Assembly: GCA_041664365.1 (NCBI GenBank)
Contig: JBAYKW010000007.1
Span: forward strand, 434 to 64,433
DNA from: Patescibacteria group bacterium
GTDB taxonomy: Bacteria > Patescibacteriota > Patescibacteriia > UM-FILTER-42-10
Direction: 5' to 3'
DNA length: 64,000 bases
Shown here in pieces: positions 37,485 to 48,829 of the stretch (within the stretch, counting starts at the first letter, position 1; each line of letters begins with the position of its first letter). The position numbers and the translations under genes were made by a program. The notes beneath the pieces were generated by a model. That model ran no database searches and was not told the DNA's origin. It saw only the letters and a program-made list of their open reading frames with translations.

Positions 37485-38591
37485 ATGAAACTATATTGTA
37501 CCCAGGAAAATTTAAATAGGGGATTAAATATTGTAAGCCATCTGGCAGGTAAGAATACTACCCTTCCAATCCTTGATAATATTTTAGTAAGTATTGAAAA
37601 TGGTATAATTCAACTTTCTACCACAAATTTAGAAATGGGGATCAGTTGTAAAATTAGAGGTAAGGTGGAAAGTGAAGGAAAAACAACTATTCCAGCAAAA
37701 TTATTTTCTGACTATATCAGTCTTCTACCAAATGAGAAAATTTATATTGAAGAAACTGAAAAAAAGATATATATCAGCTGTACCGATCAGGAAACAACAA
37801 TTCAGGGGATGTCGGCTGAGGACTACCCTTTAATTCCTTCATTAGAAAAAAAGAATAAGATTGTGATTAAAACCGAGGATTTAAAAAATGTTGTCAAAGA
37901 AACACTATTTGCCGCTGCCTATGATGAAACAAGGCCGGAAATCAGCGGAATGTTAATAAAAATTGAAGGGAATAAGGCAAGATTTGTTGCAACTGACAGC
38001 TACCGACTCGCCGAAAAAACAATAATTATTGATTCAAAAGGAGTGGGTGATGTAGAAAGCATTTTACCATCCAGAACTATGCAGGAGCTTGTTAGGATTG
38101 TTGGCATGTCAGAGTCGGAAGAAATAGAAATGTATATAGCAGAAAATCAGGTTCTCTTTTGTGTTGATGATATTGAAATAATTTCCCGGGCAATCGAGGG
38201 GAATTATCCGGACTATCAGCAAATAATACCAAAAGAGAAAAAAACCGGCGTCCTGGCAAATAAAGAGGATTTGTTAAAAGTAATAAAAACAACAAGTCTT
38301 TTTTCAAAGAGTGGGATTAATGATGTAAACATCAAAGTGGTAAAAGAAAACAATGAATTAATTGTTTCCGCAATTAATTCACAACTGGGAGAAAACATAT
38401 CTAGGCTGAAAGTTGAGATCGAGGGGGAGGATAATCAAATTGTTTTTAACCACCGTTATCTTTTGGACGGACTGCAGTGTATTGATTCAGAAAAAGTGTT
38501 TTTAGAAATAATAAATAACACAAACCCTGGTGTGGTTCGACCGGAAAATGATGAAAATTACGTTTATATAATCATGCCGATTAAACAGTAG
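37485..38591 (+). CDS. dnaN: DNA polymerase III beta clamp
   Basis: LPILDN, ATDSYRL, YPDY, IMPI. Confidence 0.97.
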   Translation: MKLYCTQENLNRGLNIVSHLAGKNTTLPILDNILVSIENGIIQLSTTNLEMGISCKIRGKVESEGKTTIPAKLFSDYISLLPNEKIYIEETEKKIYISCTDQETTIQGMSAEDYPLIPSLEKKNKIVIKTEDLKNVVKETLFAAAYDETRPEISGMLIKIEGNKARFVATDSYRLAEKTIIIDSKGVGDVESILPSRTMQELVRIVGMSESEEIEMYIAENQVLFCVDDIEIISRAIEGNYPDYQQIIPKEKKTGVLANKEDLLKVIKTTSLFSKSGINDVNIKVVKENNELIVSAINSQLGENISRLKVEIEGEDNQIVFNHRYLLDGLQCIDSEKVFLEIINNTNPGVVRPENDENYVYIIMPIKQ

Positions 38592-38597
38592 GAAGAA

Positions 38598-38891
38598 ATG
38601 AGAAAAATAGAAAATCTTCTGGAAGGCTCTTTGGTTCGTGCCGGTATAGAGCAAAGAGTAAATTCTTTGCGGGTAATTTATGAAGTTAAGAAAATATTTC
38701 TTAATATGTTCGGGGTAAACTCCCGCTTCACTGTCGTCCCCAAAGGGGTTAAAGAAAAAATTTTATTAATAGAGGTTAGGGACGAATCAGAAATCCAGGA
38801 GATTAAAAACAGGGAAGAAGAAATATTAGTTGAACTTGAAAATAAATTAAAAAAAACAGCAGTCAAAAGATTGCGATTCTTATTAAGGTAA
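38598..38891 (+). CDS. DciA/DUF721-like protein
   Basis: Size, position after dnaN, L.IEV......QE pattern. Confidence 0.6.
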   Translation: MRKIENLLEGSLVRAGIEQRVNSLRVIYEVKKIFLNMFGVNSRFTVVPKGVKEKILLIEVRDESEIQEIKNREEEILVELENKLKKTAVKRLRFLLR

Positions 38892-38896
38892 AATAT

Positions 38897-41749
38897 CTAC
38901 TCAATAGTTAAAGGCAACAGGTCACTCGTTGCCTTTTTGTTATTTCTGGTTGTTACAGAAAGATAAAGACTGTATAATCCTGCTTCTGGGTAGTTTTCCC
39001 AAACAAATGTGTTCGAGTTTGATTTGGGGTCTGAGATGGAATTAATTAAAGTCGGTGGTTCTGATGTGTTCGGTTTGGAATAGTATAAACTTATTTTTTC
39101 AACACCAGCTGGGCTGTATGAATAGCTTTGGATGGTTAAGGGAAAATCATCTTGGTTGAGGGTGGAGGAAGAGCTTGGAGAAACAAAATATACAGTTGCC
39201 GAAAGGTCGGAGTTATAAGAAAATGTTACACTTGCCTGAGAAAAATTTGAAACTTCATCATACGCTATAACAGTTAGGGTATGCGACCCGTTCGTCAGGT
39301 TAAATGGGGAATATGAAGTTTGAAATGGTTTTTTTGTTACTGATTCAACGAGTGTTTTATCAATAAAATATTCTACCTTATTAATTTTGTGATTTCCGCT
39401 TGCTGTAGATTTTGTTGATACTGAAAATGTCTCTTCATTTAACTCCGAATCTTTTATTGGTTTTGTTATTGTTACTGTCGGCTGTTCTTCTGTTGGTCTG
39501 AAACCACAATCTTCAAACACTTCTTTCCCCGGAGAAACATACCCGTTTCTTTCTGCCCATGCTCGTACAGGAGCTTCCCACTGGTTGAATTGAGGGTCGC
39601 TGGCAGGGTTTTTAGGGTTAGGTCCTTCTGGGTCGTTTTTATCAACATAATATAGGATACTATGAGTTTCTTTAAAATCAACTTCCTTTTTATATTTTTC
39701 CGGATACGTATCAATACAACTTTGCGGGATTGTTTTACCGGAATAAATATCGACTACCCTTTTTGTGATGGTATCAATTTCCCCTTTTAATATTGGCTTT
39801 TCAGAATTATTTGCTGGCGGTTGTTTGAATATTTCAACAGGTGATCCGACTAAAATTCTTTTCATAAACTGGTTCCAAATTGGAGCGGCAACGACAGATC
39901 CGTCTGCGCCACGGGACATCTCAGTGTTGTCATTATTCCCAACCCATACCCCAGTTGCGATAGAAGGGGTATATCCCATCGTCCAGCCATCTTTATAGTC
40001 ATTGGTAGTGCCGGTTTTAACCGCTACCGGTCTGTCCGGGAGAGTAAGAAAATTTGAAGAACCAAATATATAAGCGCGGGCATTATTATCCGTGAGTATG
40101 CTGTTTAGTTGCTGTACGGCCACCCGATCAATCACTTCTTCTCCTTCCGACTCGGTAAATTCTTCCAGAGTCTTACCATCCCGGTCCTCAACTTTAATAA
40201 TTGCAGTGTGGGGGTAACGTACGCCCTCACGGGCCAGTGTGGAAAAGGCGGAAACATGTTCCAGTAGTTTAACATCTCCTCCACCCAACACTAGGGAAAG
40301 ACCATAACGGTCTGGGTCGTTAAGTGTGGTATAACCAAGATCGTGAGCAGTATCAATTACATTGTTAACTCCGGCCAAATATAGGGTCTTTACTGCTGGG
40401 ATATTAAGCGATCCTGCCAGTGCTTTTTTCATTGATATGGGACCTCGTTCACCGCCGTCATAGTTAGATGGGGTGTAATCGCCGAAATCTGTTTTCAAAT
40501 CAAACAGCATGGTTTCCGGAGTATAACCTCTTTCAAAGGCAGTAACGTAGGCGATCGGTTTGAAGGATGATCCCGGTTGGTTGCCACGGATTGCTATGTT
40601 TACTTGTCCGTCGATTTCTTCATCAAAGTAATTTCTGGATCCGACCATGGTCAGTATCTGTCCTGTTTTAGTATCAATCGCTACCAAGGCGGCGTTCTCC
40701 GCGTTATAACGTTCCTCGTTCTTTGGTGCTTGTTCGGCAATCACTTCTTCGGCAATTTTTTGTTTGTCATAATCAAGAGTTGTAATGACTTTTAATCCCC
40801 CCTCTTCCACAACTCTTTCACCGTATTTTTCTGTGAGCAACTCTTTCACATACATCACAAAGTGGGGCGCTTCAATATCTGTAAATTGAACTGTAAAATC
40901 CAGCTCTGTTTTTTTTGCTTCTTCTGCCTCCGCCTCTGTTATATACTCCTGTTCAGCCATCATGTCTAAGATGTATTGTTGGCGACCAATCAACAAATCT
41001 TTGTTTGATCCATATGGAGAATAGCGGGTAGGGGCTTGCGGTAATGCTGCAAGAAGCGCAGATTCCGCAAGGTTAATGTCCTGAACTTTTTTACCAAAAT
41101 ATTTTTGACTTGCTGCCTGGACTCCATAAGCAGTAGAACCGTATGGGATTTCATTTAAATACATTTGTAGGATCTCATCCTTGGAGAATTTTTTTTCAAT
41201 CTGGTATGACAATATCCATTCTTTCACTTTTCTAGTTATAGTTCTTTCGTCTGTGAGGATCGAATTTTTAACAAATTGTTGGGTAAGAGTTGAGCCACCC
41301 TGGACGCTCCCACCTCTCAGTTTTTGCAGTACTACACCACGAAATATACCCCAAAGGCTTACGCCTCCGTGTTTGTAAAAAGTTTTATCTTCTATCGCAA
41401 TGGTCGCGTGCTCTAAGTAATCCGGGATTTCTTCCAAAGTTACCAAAGTTCTTTTTTTGTCGCCGTAAATTTCATATAAAAGGTGTTCACCAGTGCGGTC
41501 AAATATCTGCGTACTTTGAGCAATATTTCTTTCTAATATTTTGTCCGGATCCGGGAGGTCTTTTGATATCCAGGCAAACATTCCCACCATAATAATAACA
41601 CCTGCCAAAGAAACAATACCAAATAACTTCAAATAAAAAGCTTTCCCCCGGTGTCTCCACCCTTTTTTATTTTTTCCAGCTTGAGAGGTCCCAACCGGAT
41701 GGCTTTTCCAAGAACGACGGAATTCATTTGATAGTTGTGGTATAGGCAT
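38897..41749 (-). CDS. Class A penicillin-binding protein with C-terminal Ig-like domains
   Basis: EDKTFYKHGG, GGSTLTQQ, SSFK, SLN, KTGT. Confidence 0.95.
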   Translation of the reverse strand: MPIPQLSNEFRRSWKSHPVGTSQAGKNKKGWRHRGKAFYLKLFGIVSLAGVIIMVGMFAWISKDLPDPDKILERNIAQSTQIFDRTGEHLLYEIYGDKKRTLVTLEEIPDYLEHATIAIEDKTFYKHGGVSLWGIFRGVVLQKLRGGSVQGGSTLTQQFVKNSILTDERTITRKVKEWILSYQIEKKFSKDEILQMYLNEIPYGSTAYGVQAASQKYFGKKVQDINLAESALLAALPQAPTRYSPYGSNKDLLIGRQQYILDMMAEQEYITEAEAEEAKKTELDFTVQFTDIEAPHFVMYVKELLTEKYGERVVEEGGLKVITTLDYDKQKIAEEVIAEQAPKNEERYNAENAALVAIDTKTGQILTMVGSRNYFDEEIDGQVNIAIRGNQPGSSFKPIAYVTAFERGYTPETMLFDLKTDFGDYTPSNYDGGERGPISMKKALAGSLNIPAVKTLYLAGVNNVIDTAHDLGYTTLNDPDRYGLSLVLGGGDVKLLEHVSAFSTLAREGVRYPHTAIIKVEDRDGKTLEEFTESEGEEVIDRVAVQQLNSILTDNNARAYIFGSSNFLTLPDRPVAVKTGTTNDYKDGWTMGYTPSIATGVWVGNNDNTEMSRGADGSVVAAPIWNQFMKRILVGSPVEIFKQPPANNSEKPILKGEIDTITKRVVDIYSGKTIPQSCIDTYPEKYKKEVDFKETHSILYYVDKNDPEGPNPKNPASDPQFNQWEAPVRAWAERNGYVSPGKEVFEDCGFRPTEEQPTVTITKPIKDSELNEETFSVSTKSTASGNHKINKVEYFIDKTLVESVTKKPFQTSYSPFNLTNGSHTLTVIAYDEVSNFSQASVTFSYNSDLSATVYFVSPSSSSTLNQDDFPLTIQSYSYSPAGVEKISLYYSKPNTSEPPTLINSISDPKSNSNTFVWENYPEAGLYSLYLSVTTRNNKKATSDLLPLTIE

Positions 41750-41791
41750 TTTTTGGAATTTTAATTTCCACGAATGACAATAATAACTTAG

Positions 41792-42661
41792 TTATTGTTG
41801 CTTTGTCAAAGTTTGTTTAGCCAGCATCGCTGCGCCGATAATTGCACTGTTTTTTAGTGAAGAAATTCTGATTGAGCATGGCCTGATCAGTGATCTTCTG
41901 GTCATCTCTTTGCGCATGGAAAGAGAAAAAAACTTCCAAGCCTGGCTGATTTTTCCGCCGAGTACAATCACATCCGGATCGTAGACATTGATTGTATTAA
42001 CCAGACCGATCCCCAAATATTTTCCCATTTCACGCCAGGCACGGAGAGCTTTTATATTGCCGTGTTTAGCAAGTTTGTATAGGCCAAGGCCGTCGGCTGT
42101 TGGTAGGTCGTATTTTCTGGCCAGCCAGGCGATTCCTTTCTTGCCGACGTATTGTTCAAAACAGCCGGAATTTCCGCATTCACACTGTGGTCCGTTATAG
42201 TCCAGTGTCGTGTGTCCGATTTCTGAGGCTTCCTTTCTGCCGTGGTAAATCTTCTGGTCAATTACCAAGCCCCCGCCGATCCCTGTACCCAGGGTAATAC
42301 CGGTTACAATATTCTGGTGTTTTCCTTTCCCCACCATAGCTTCCGCCAATGCAAAACAGTTGGCATCATTATCTAGAAATACCGGCAGTCTGAAAGCACG
42401 TTCCAGTCGGCTTTTTATTAAAGATCCGCGAACGGGGATATTAACAGCCGCCGGCCAGCCTAAACCGATCCCAGCGCATTCTTCAGAAGACTGTAATAGT
42501 AGTTGGACATTTTCAATCACCTTTTTTATTATTAATCTTTGGCGATGACGGGTTGGTACCAAAGTGGTGAATGTTTCCAACACCTTACCTTTAGAAGAAA
42601 CAAGCCCACCCTCTAAAGTGGTCCCGCCCATATCGATCCCGATGTATGTTTTTTGTTTCAT
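41792..42661 (-). CDS. ROK family sugar kinase
   Basis: GIDMGGT, NDAN, GTGIGGG, EIGH, CECGNSGCFE. Confidence 0.92.
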   Translation of the reverse strand: MKQKTYIGIDMGGTTLEGGLVSSKGKVLETFTTLVPTRHRQRLIIKKVIENVQLLLQSSEECAGIGLGWPAAVNIPVRGSLIKSRLERAFRLPVFLDNDANCFALAEAMVGKGKHQNIVTGITLGTGIGGGLVIDQKIYHGRKEASEIGHTTLDYNGPQCECGNSGCFEQYVGKKGIAWLARKYDLPTADGLGLYKLAKHGNIKALRAWREMGKYLGIGLVNTINVYDPDVIVLGGKISQAWKFFSLSMRKEMTRRSLIRPCSIRISSLKNSAIIGAAMLAKQTLTKQQ

Positions 42662-42728
42662 TTATGTCTTTCTATTATATCAGGAGTGGTGTATAATTTG
42701 AATATCTAAGCCTTATTTCCCAGTAAAA

Positions 42729-43913
42729 GTGAATAAAAAAGAGTTACAACTGGAATTATTATCCCGCGGTGTTGAAGAAATAATTGACCGGCAAAGTTTA
42801 GAAAAAAAACTGAATTCCGGAAAAAAATTACGGATTAAACTTGGTATTGACCCGACCAGCCCAAATCTACATATCGGCAGAACAATCCCGTTACTAAAAT
42901 TGCGTGATTTCCAGGAGCTGGGGCACAAGATAATATTTATTATCGGCGATTTTACTGGTGTGATTGGTGACACTTCAGATAAAGAAAGCGAACGTCCGAT
43001 GCTGGATGAAAAAACAGTCGCGCAGAACATGAAGAATTATGTTAAACAGGCAGAAAAAATTTTAGATATTGAAAAATGTGAGATCCATTACAATAGCGAG
43101 TGGCTTGAAAAACTGGATTATCATGATATCGGTAAACAGGCGGACATATTTTCTCTGAATGAATTCATCTCCCGGGAAAATATCGCAAAACGGCTGGATG
43201 CCGGCAAGCGGGTTTCTTTACGCGAGTTGCTTTACCCGCTGATGCAGGGTTATGATTCGGTTGCGGTAAAGGCGGACGTAGAAATCGGCGGAACCGACCA
43301 GCGGTTTAATTTGTTAGCCGGACGCGAATTACAAAGACATTATAACCAACCGGCGCAGGATATAATTACTAATCCGCTGATTGAAGGTTTGGACGGGCGC
43401 AAAATGAGTTCCAGCTGGGGTAATACTATTGATCTGCTGGATCCGGCGGAAGAGATTTACGGCAAAGTTATGTCACTCCGCGATGAATTAATTATCCGCT
43501 ATTTTGTATTGACGACCCGCGTTCCGCTCAAAGATATTGCGGTTTATGAAAAAGATTTGAAGGCTGGTAAAAACCCCCGCGACTATAAGATGAAACTGGC
43601 ATATGAGTTGGTAAGATTTTATCATTCGGAAAATAAAGCAAAGCAGGTGGCCGAGGAATTTACCAAAGTATTTGCAAAAAAAGAAAAACCGACTAATGTG
43701 CCGTCTGTAACAATTAAATATGATGATTATTTAATCCCGGATTTGCTCGTCGAGTTAAAATTGGCCAAGAGTAAAAGTGAAGCCCGCCGTTTAGTTGAAC
43801 AGGGTGGTGTGAGAATTGATACTAAAGTAAAAACTGATTGGAAGGAAAAGGTGAAGGTTCAGAAAGGTACATTGGTACAGGTGGGGAAGAAAAAGTTTGT
43901 TGAAATAAGATAG
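42729..43913 (+). CDS. tyrS: Tyrosyl-tRNA synthetase
   Basis: GIDPT..LHIG, YPLMQGYD, GGTDQ, KMSSS, S4 domain. Confidence 0.97.
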   Translation: MNKKELQLELLSRGVEEIIDRQSLEKKLNSGKKLRIKLGIDPTSPNLHIGRTIPLLKLRDFQELGHKIIFIIGDFTGVIGDTSDKESERPMLDEKTVAQNMKNYVKQAEKILDIEKCEIHYNSEWLEKLDYHDIGKQADIFSLNEFISRENIAKRLDAGKRVSLRELLYPLMQGYDSVAVKADVEIGGTDQRFNLLAGRELQRHYNQPAQDIITNPLIEGLDGRKMSSSWGNTIDLLDPAEEIYGKVMSLRDELIIRYFVLTTRVPLKDIAVYEKDLKAGKNPRDYKMKLAYELVRFYHSENKAKQVAEEFTKVFAKKEKPTNVPSVTIKYDDYLIPDLLVELKLAKSKSEARRLVEQGGVRIDTKVKTDWKEKVKVQKGTLVQVGKKKFVEIR

Positions 43914-43936
43914 CATGAACATTAATAAATATAATA

Positions 43937-44287
43937 ATGAATGAACAAGGTTTTGAAAGCGATTTTGACATTGAGCAGTTTAGAACGATACTAGCTGCTA
44001 AAACTGAGGAATTTGCGACAGATAGCTATATTACTTATGGGAGTGAATCGAACCAGGAAGAGAATGAAAGAAAAAAAATGAATGCCGCCGAACTTCGTGG
44101 CAGGTTATTAGTGGATTGTGCCGAGGCACTCTTAAAATCGAATGATGCAGAGACAGTAATGTCAGTGATAAGAGAAGCTTTGGTATATTATAGATATGGC
44201 AATGGTTCTGAACTGTTTCCCGGTAGAGCAAAAGAAGATTTTTATTATGATCTTGCTTTAGCAATTGCCAAAGCAAAAAATGAATAG
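43937..44287 (+). CDS. Hypothetical protein
   Basis: 116-aa ORF co-oriented with tyrS. Confidence 0.6.
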   Translation: MNEQGFESDFDIEQFRTILAAKTEEFATDSYITYGSESNQEENERKKMNAAELRGRLLVDCAEALLKSNDAETVMSVIREALVYYRYGNGSELFPGRAKEDFYYDLALAIAKAKNE

Positions 44288-44374
44288 CAACTATATTTTT
44301 AGTGATAGAAAGTAATGGAAGGATAAATTCTTTAAAAACACTGAGTAGTTTAAAGGAGGATTAAATCAAATAAT

Positions 44375-44686
44375 ATGGGTGAAATTGTTAAATTATTTCC
44401 ATCGGGGAGTGATGACTCTGAGAAAGGCGGGGGGCTTAAATTTGATCAGCGTTTGAACGCTGAAAATATTACTTTGATGTTGGAATTTCTTACTGCACTT
44501 ACCAGGGGTGATCGGTCAGCATTACACCAACCCAATATAGAAATTAGAAGAAGTTTAGTTGCCGTGGCGACAAATGAGGAATTACTTGCAATAGCTAATC
44601 AAAGTAACGAATCTGATTGGCAAGAGCATCCTTCTTATTATCACGCGTTGATTGCGGAGTTAAGAGAACGGCGCCTGATCGGGTAA
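44375..44686 (+). CDS. Hypothetical protein
   Basis: 103-aa ORF followed by terminator-like CCCC..GGGG-T tract. Confidence 0.6.
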   Translation: MGEIVKLFPSGSDDSEKGGGLKFDQRLNAENITLMLEFLTALTRGDRSALHQPNIEIRRSLVAVATNEELLAIANQSNESDWQEHPSYYHALIAELRERRLIG

Positions 44687-44925
44687 ATATAAATAGAGCC
44701 CCTTAATAAAACAAGGGGTTTTATTATTATAATTATCTTGCTAGTCTCTAATATTTGCCAATATAAAAGAGAAGTAGTAGGCTAATCTTAGCATAATATC
44801 AAAATCAGTTGTTTTATCATTGATTTTGCCCCAAAACTTAGTATTAAACATAGTTTTGAGTAATCCCCAGTATTATTACAGGGGATATAAATCAAAGTAT
44901 TTGATATAAATTAATTAGTCGGTAA

Positions 44926-45744
44926 ATGTTAAATCTAGAAAAAGTAAACAAATCTTTCGGTAGGGATGATGATTTCGAAGTTATAAAAGATATAACCCTT
45001 TCAGCCAATGATGGTGAATTTATTTGTATCCTTGGTCCAAGTGGTTGTGGAAAGACAATTTTGCTTTATTTGATGGCGGGGTTTTTAAAACCAACTGGTG
45101 GAAAGATTTTGATGAATGGTGAAATGATTTCCGGTCCCAGTTGTGATCGCATGATGGTTTTTCAGGGCCATGTTCTTTTCCCTTGGAAGACGGTTTATGA
45201 AAATATTTATTATGCTTTGGATAAATCAACATTCAGTAAGGATGAGAAAGATAAACTGGTTATGAAATATTTGGACCTGATGGCACTGGCTTCCTTTAAA
45301 GATTGGTATCCTTATAAACTTTCCGGCGGAATGCAACAACGCGTTGCTTTGGCAAGGGCGTTGGTCACAAATCCGGAAGTTCTGTTGATGGACGAGCCTT
45401 TCTCTGCACTCGATTCTCAATACCGAAAATTTTTAAGGAAAAATCTGGAAATTATTTGGAGAAAGACAAAAAAAACCATAATTTTTGTTACGCATAGTGT
45501 GCACGAGGCAATAAATTTGGCCGACAAAATTTATCTCCTGTCTGCCAGGCCTGCGACTATAAAAAAAGTGTATACAGTAAATCTCCCCAGGCCAAGAGAT
45601 CAATCTAGTAAAGATTTCATACAGCTAAATAATGAAATTGAAGAGGACCTAACTGAGGAATTTGAAAAAATAATTAAAACACCGTCAATGGGAGAGTCTT
45701 TATCTCATATATTAAAATTAAACGGTAGAAGAGGTATTTTATGA
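44926..45744 (+). CDS. ABC transporter ATPase, NitT/TauT family
   Basis: [24 protein letters not shown]. Confidence 0.93.
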   Translation: MLNLEKVNKSFGRDDDFEVIKDITLSANDGEFICILGPSGCGKTILLYLMAGFLKPTGGKILMNGEMISGPSCDRMMVFQGHVLFPWKTVYENIYYALDKSTFSKDEKDKLVMKYLDLMALASFKDWYPYKLSGGMQQRVALARALVTNPEVLLMDEPFSALDSQYRKFLRKNLEIIWRKTKKTIIFVTHSVHEAINLADKIYLLSARPATIKKVYTVNLPRPRDQSSKDFIQLNNEIEEDLTEEFEKIIKTPSMGESLSHILKLNGRRGIL

Positions 45745-46760
45745 ATAAAAAATATTTTTTTGGCACCCTGTTTGCATTATTTGCATTAGTATTTATTTAT
45801 TATTTCAATAATTCACTTAACGACAAAAATAACAAGGAAGAAAATAAAATCAAGATAGGGTATAGCATAGACAGCGTAAATCATGCCCCAATTATTATTG
45901 CTGACAATATGGGTATTTTTGATAAACACAAGCTCAATTTGGAACTTATTCCTTTCAAGGGTGGTAAAGAGGTGCAGCAGGCGCTAGCTATGGGCAGTAT
46001 AGATATCGGTTCGGCCGGCGCAACAAATTTTTTCATCCCGATAGCCAAAGGATCCCCGATAAAGATTATTGCTCCTTTAGCAGTTTCCCCGACATTAGTA
46101 TTTGTTGATCCTAGTAGCAATATTAAGACATTTGATGATTTAGTGGGAAAAACCATAGCATCACGAATAGGGCAAAGTTCCAACATCTCGTTAGGTTATG
46201 CTCTTAGGAAAGAGAATATCCCTATCAATACGATAACTTTTGAAGATATTGAGGGTAATCTGCGCCCCCTTGCCTTAATGGAGAAGAAGGTGGTTGATGT
46301 AGCGGTGGCAGGAGAATACAATGAAAAAATATATCTTGATTATGGAGCGGTTGTTTTCGAAGAGTGGATAACAAAAGGTTATGCAGACAAACCAATGCCC
46401 AGAACAGTTATTGCCGTTAATACAGATTCTTTGGAAAAAAATAAAGAAGAAATCAGCAGTTTTATTGATGCAATTATTGAAAGTCAAAGATATATTAAGG
46501 ATAACCCCGATGATGCAGCGGTAATCATTTCCAAACAAATAGAAGAAGCAACTGAAGGAGCGGTAGTCTTTTCTGTCGAAGAATTAAAAGAACAATGGAA
46601 AACAGTAAAATATGTTCTTTGGTATGAACCTTCGGATGTCGTGGAAATTTCGAAAGTAGCGCAAGAAATAGGAGATATACAAACAGCGCTGAGTGTGGAA
46701 CAGATCTTTGATCTGAGTTTTGAGGAAAAATTAAAAAATGCTCAAGATGAAATTTACTAA
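45741..46760 (+). CDS. ABC substrate-binding protein, SsuA/NMT1-like
   Basis: N-terminal anchor, ALAMGSIDIG, DLVGKTIA; operon context. Confidence 0.88.
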   Translation: MNKKYFFGTLFALFALVFIYYFNNSLNDKNNKEENKIKIGYSIDSVNHAPIIIADNMGIFDKHKLNLELIPFKGGKEVQQALAMGSIDIGSAGATNFFIPIAKGSPIKIIAPLAVSPTLVFVDPSSNIKTFDDLVGKTIASRIGQSSNISLGYALRKENIPINTITFEDIEGNLRPLALMEKKVVDVAVAGEYNEKIYLDYGAVVFEEWITKGYADKPMPRTVIAVNTDSLEKNKEEISSFIDAIIESQRYIKDNPDDAAVIISKQIEEATEGAVVFSVEELKEQWKTVKYVLWYEPSDVVEISKVAQEIGDIQTALSVEQIFDLSFEEKLKNAQDEIY

Positions 46761-47541
46761 GCGAAAAATAAGAAAAATTGCATTGGGGTCGATACCATTT
46801 TTGACTATTTTAGTTGTTTGGGATTTGTTTTACTATTTTAACCAAGACCTAAAATGGCTGATTCCTTCCCCGCTTCAGACTGTCTCATCTTTTTGGCAGA
46901 TGGTTACTGATGGAACGTTTTTAAAGTTGATATCAGTCAGTATATTCAATCTGATCCCGCCCTATATTTTTGCAATAATTTGTGCTGTAGTACTCGGCAC
47001 CTTGATGGGGGTTAATAAAACTGTCCATAAAATTTTCTTTCCATTCTTGTCTGCAATTTACCCGGTACCATCATTGGCTTGGCTTCCGTTTATGATACTG
47101 TTTTTAGGATTTACCAGAGAGGCAATTTGGTTTGTTATTTTTGTTTCCAGCTTCATGAAGATTATTTACAATGTTATCAGCGGGATTCAAAATGTTAATA
47201 TCGAATATGTTTTGGTGGCAAAGAATTTCGGTTTTAGTAAAACTAAGATTGTGTTTGATGTATTTCTGCCATCCGCTCTTCCTCAGATTATGACGGGGCT
47301 TAGAGTAGGTTTTGGTTCTGCTTGGAGATCTTTGATTGGAGCGGAAATGTTGGTTGCGACAATCGGGGGGTTAGGAAAATTTATATGGATGTCCCAATGG
47401 TTTTTTGATTTTGACAAGGTAATGGCCGGTATCGTAGTCATTTCTTTAGTAAGTATTTTTATAGAGCAAATAGTATTTAGGCGATTAGAAAAAAATACTT
47501 TGGTTAAGTGGGGGTTTATAAGTGATGAACAAAAAATTTGA
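46738..47541 (+). CDS. ABC permease, NitT/TauT family
   Basis: PSLAWLP, LPSALPQIMTGLR, GAEM..GLG. Confidence 0.92.
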   Translation: MLKMKFTKRKIRKIALGSIPFLTILVVWDLFYYFNQDLKWLIPSPLQTVSSFWQMVTDGTFLKLISVSIFNLIPPYIFAIICAVVLGTLMGVNKTVHKIFFPFLSAIYPVPSLAWLPFMILFLGFTREAIWFVIFVSSFMKIIYNVISGIQNVNIEYVLVAKNFGFSKTKIVFDVFLPSALPQIMTGLRVGFGSAWRSLIGAEMLVATIGGLGKFIWMSQWFFDFDKVMAGIVVISLVSIFIEQIVFRRLEKNTLVKWGFISDEQKI

Positions 47542-47584
47542 TTCACTTTATCAGCGGAGTTAATGTTAAAATAAATCCAAACAT

Positions 47585-47995
47585 ATGACCGAAATCCCAA
47601 ATAAGCTTTACAGGACCAGTGTTAAAGCTTTGATATTGGACGATAAAAAAAGATTTTTACTTTTATTGGAAGAAAATGGTTATTGGGACCTCCCTGGGGG
47701 TGGACTTGATTTCGGGGAAAATTCTCATGATTGTATTATAAGGGAGTTAAATGAAGAAACGGGATTGGAAGTTATCCATATTAAAAAGAATCCGTCCTAT
47801 TTTATAACGGCTTTGCATATGAACGGTCAGTGGAAAGCCAATATACTATATGAAACACAGGTAAAAGATCTAAATTTTACTTCTTCCAAAGAATGCGTGG
47901 AAATAAGATTTTTTACAAAGGAGGAAGCGTCCAAGGAAAAGATTTATCCTAATGTTAAAGAATTTTTAAAAGAGTACAATCCAAATAACCACTAG
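47585..47995 (+). CDS. NUDIX hydrolase
   Basis: PGGGLDFGE...IIRELNEETGL. Confidence 0.92.
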   Translation: MTEIPNKLYRTSVKALILDDKKRFLLLLEENGYWDLPGGGLDFGENSHDCIIRELNEETGLEVIHIKKNPSYFITALHMNGQWKANILYETQVKDLNFTSSKECVEIRFFTKEEASKEKIYPNVKEFLKEYNPNNH

Positions 47996-48021
47996 CAAAA
48001 AAACAGAGGAATCGATTTTGT

Positions 48022-48105
48022 ATGAATAGAATAATTAACAAATTTGCTAAGGAACTAAGTTTCCAAACCGGCCGTTACATGCTCTCGCCGGAGTTTTTAA
48101 GTTTG
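48022..48105 (+). repeat. Direct repeat copy 1: truncated 5' end of the radical SAM gene
   Basis: 76/84 nt identical to 50124-50207; encodes MNRIINKFAKELSFQTGRYMLSPEFLSL then TGA. Confidence 0.92.
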
Positions 48106-48142
48106 TGAGGTAGTAAATTTATATTGGCATTGGTATATTTGG

Positions 48143-48181
48143 TGTATCACCATTGACTTCATGTTTCAGTTATGATACAAT
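48143..48181 (+). promoter_or_regulatory. abiE promoter with overlapping inverted repeat
   Basis: TTGACT-17-TACAAT with TG; TGTATCA...TGATACA arms. Confidence 0.65.
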
Positions 48182-48193
48182 AATGTCATACAT

Positions 48194-48829
48194 ATGAAAC
48201 GTAAATCAAAAAGTAATCTCCTTGAAGAGCTAACATCTTTACCATATTTTACTAAAGATCTTATTTGTCAATTAGGTAAAGCCGAAAATAGCTATAGTCT
48301 AAAAGATAGCACTATTGATACATATATAAGCCGTTTTCTTAAGGAAAAAGAAATAATCTCTTTAAAAAGAGGTTTATATGTGTCGATGGACTTTTATAAT
48401 AGTAACAAGGATAATCTGTCATATTCATTTTTTCTTGCGAATATTATTAAGAAGCCTTCATATATAAGTTCTTGGGCCGCTCTTCAGTACTACAATCTTT
48501 CTACTGAAATAATACATACAATCACATCAATTACACCAAGAGTCACAAGAAATTATGAAACAAAAATTGGTACTTTTTCATATCAGTCTGTAAAGAAGAA
48601 CTTATTTTCTGACTTTTCTTTTGTAAAAGATAAGTTTGAATTTTTTATTGCCTCCCCCTCTAAGGCTTTATTTGATTTACTTTATTTCAAAACAAGACAA
48701 TTTAGAGGTATAAAGATTAACGATGTAGATTCAATAATTGAAGACTTACGCATTGATATTAGTGAATTGGGCGAAGAAGAGCGGAAGAGATTTTATTTTA
48801 TGATAAATAAAAATATACGTCATGGATAA
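48194..48829 (+). CDS. Type IV TA antitoxin, AbiEi-like
   Basis: LKRGLY, SYIS..AALQYY.L, ASPSKALFDLLY. Confidence 0.85.
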   Translation: MKRKSKSNLLEELTSLPYFTKDLICQLGKAENSYSLKDSTIDTYISRFLKEKEIISLKRGLYVSMDFYNSNKDNLSYSFFLANIIKKPSYISSWAALQYYNLSTEIIHTITSITPRVTRNYETKIGTFSYQSVKKNLFSDFSFVKDKFEFFIASPSKALFDLLYFKTRQFRGIKINDVDSIIEDLRIDISELGEEERKRFYFMINKNIRHG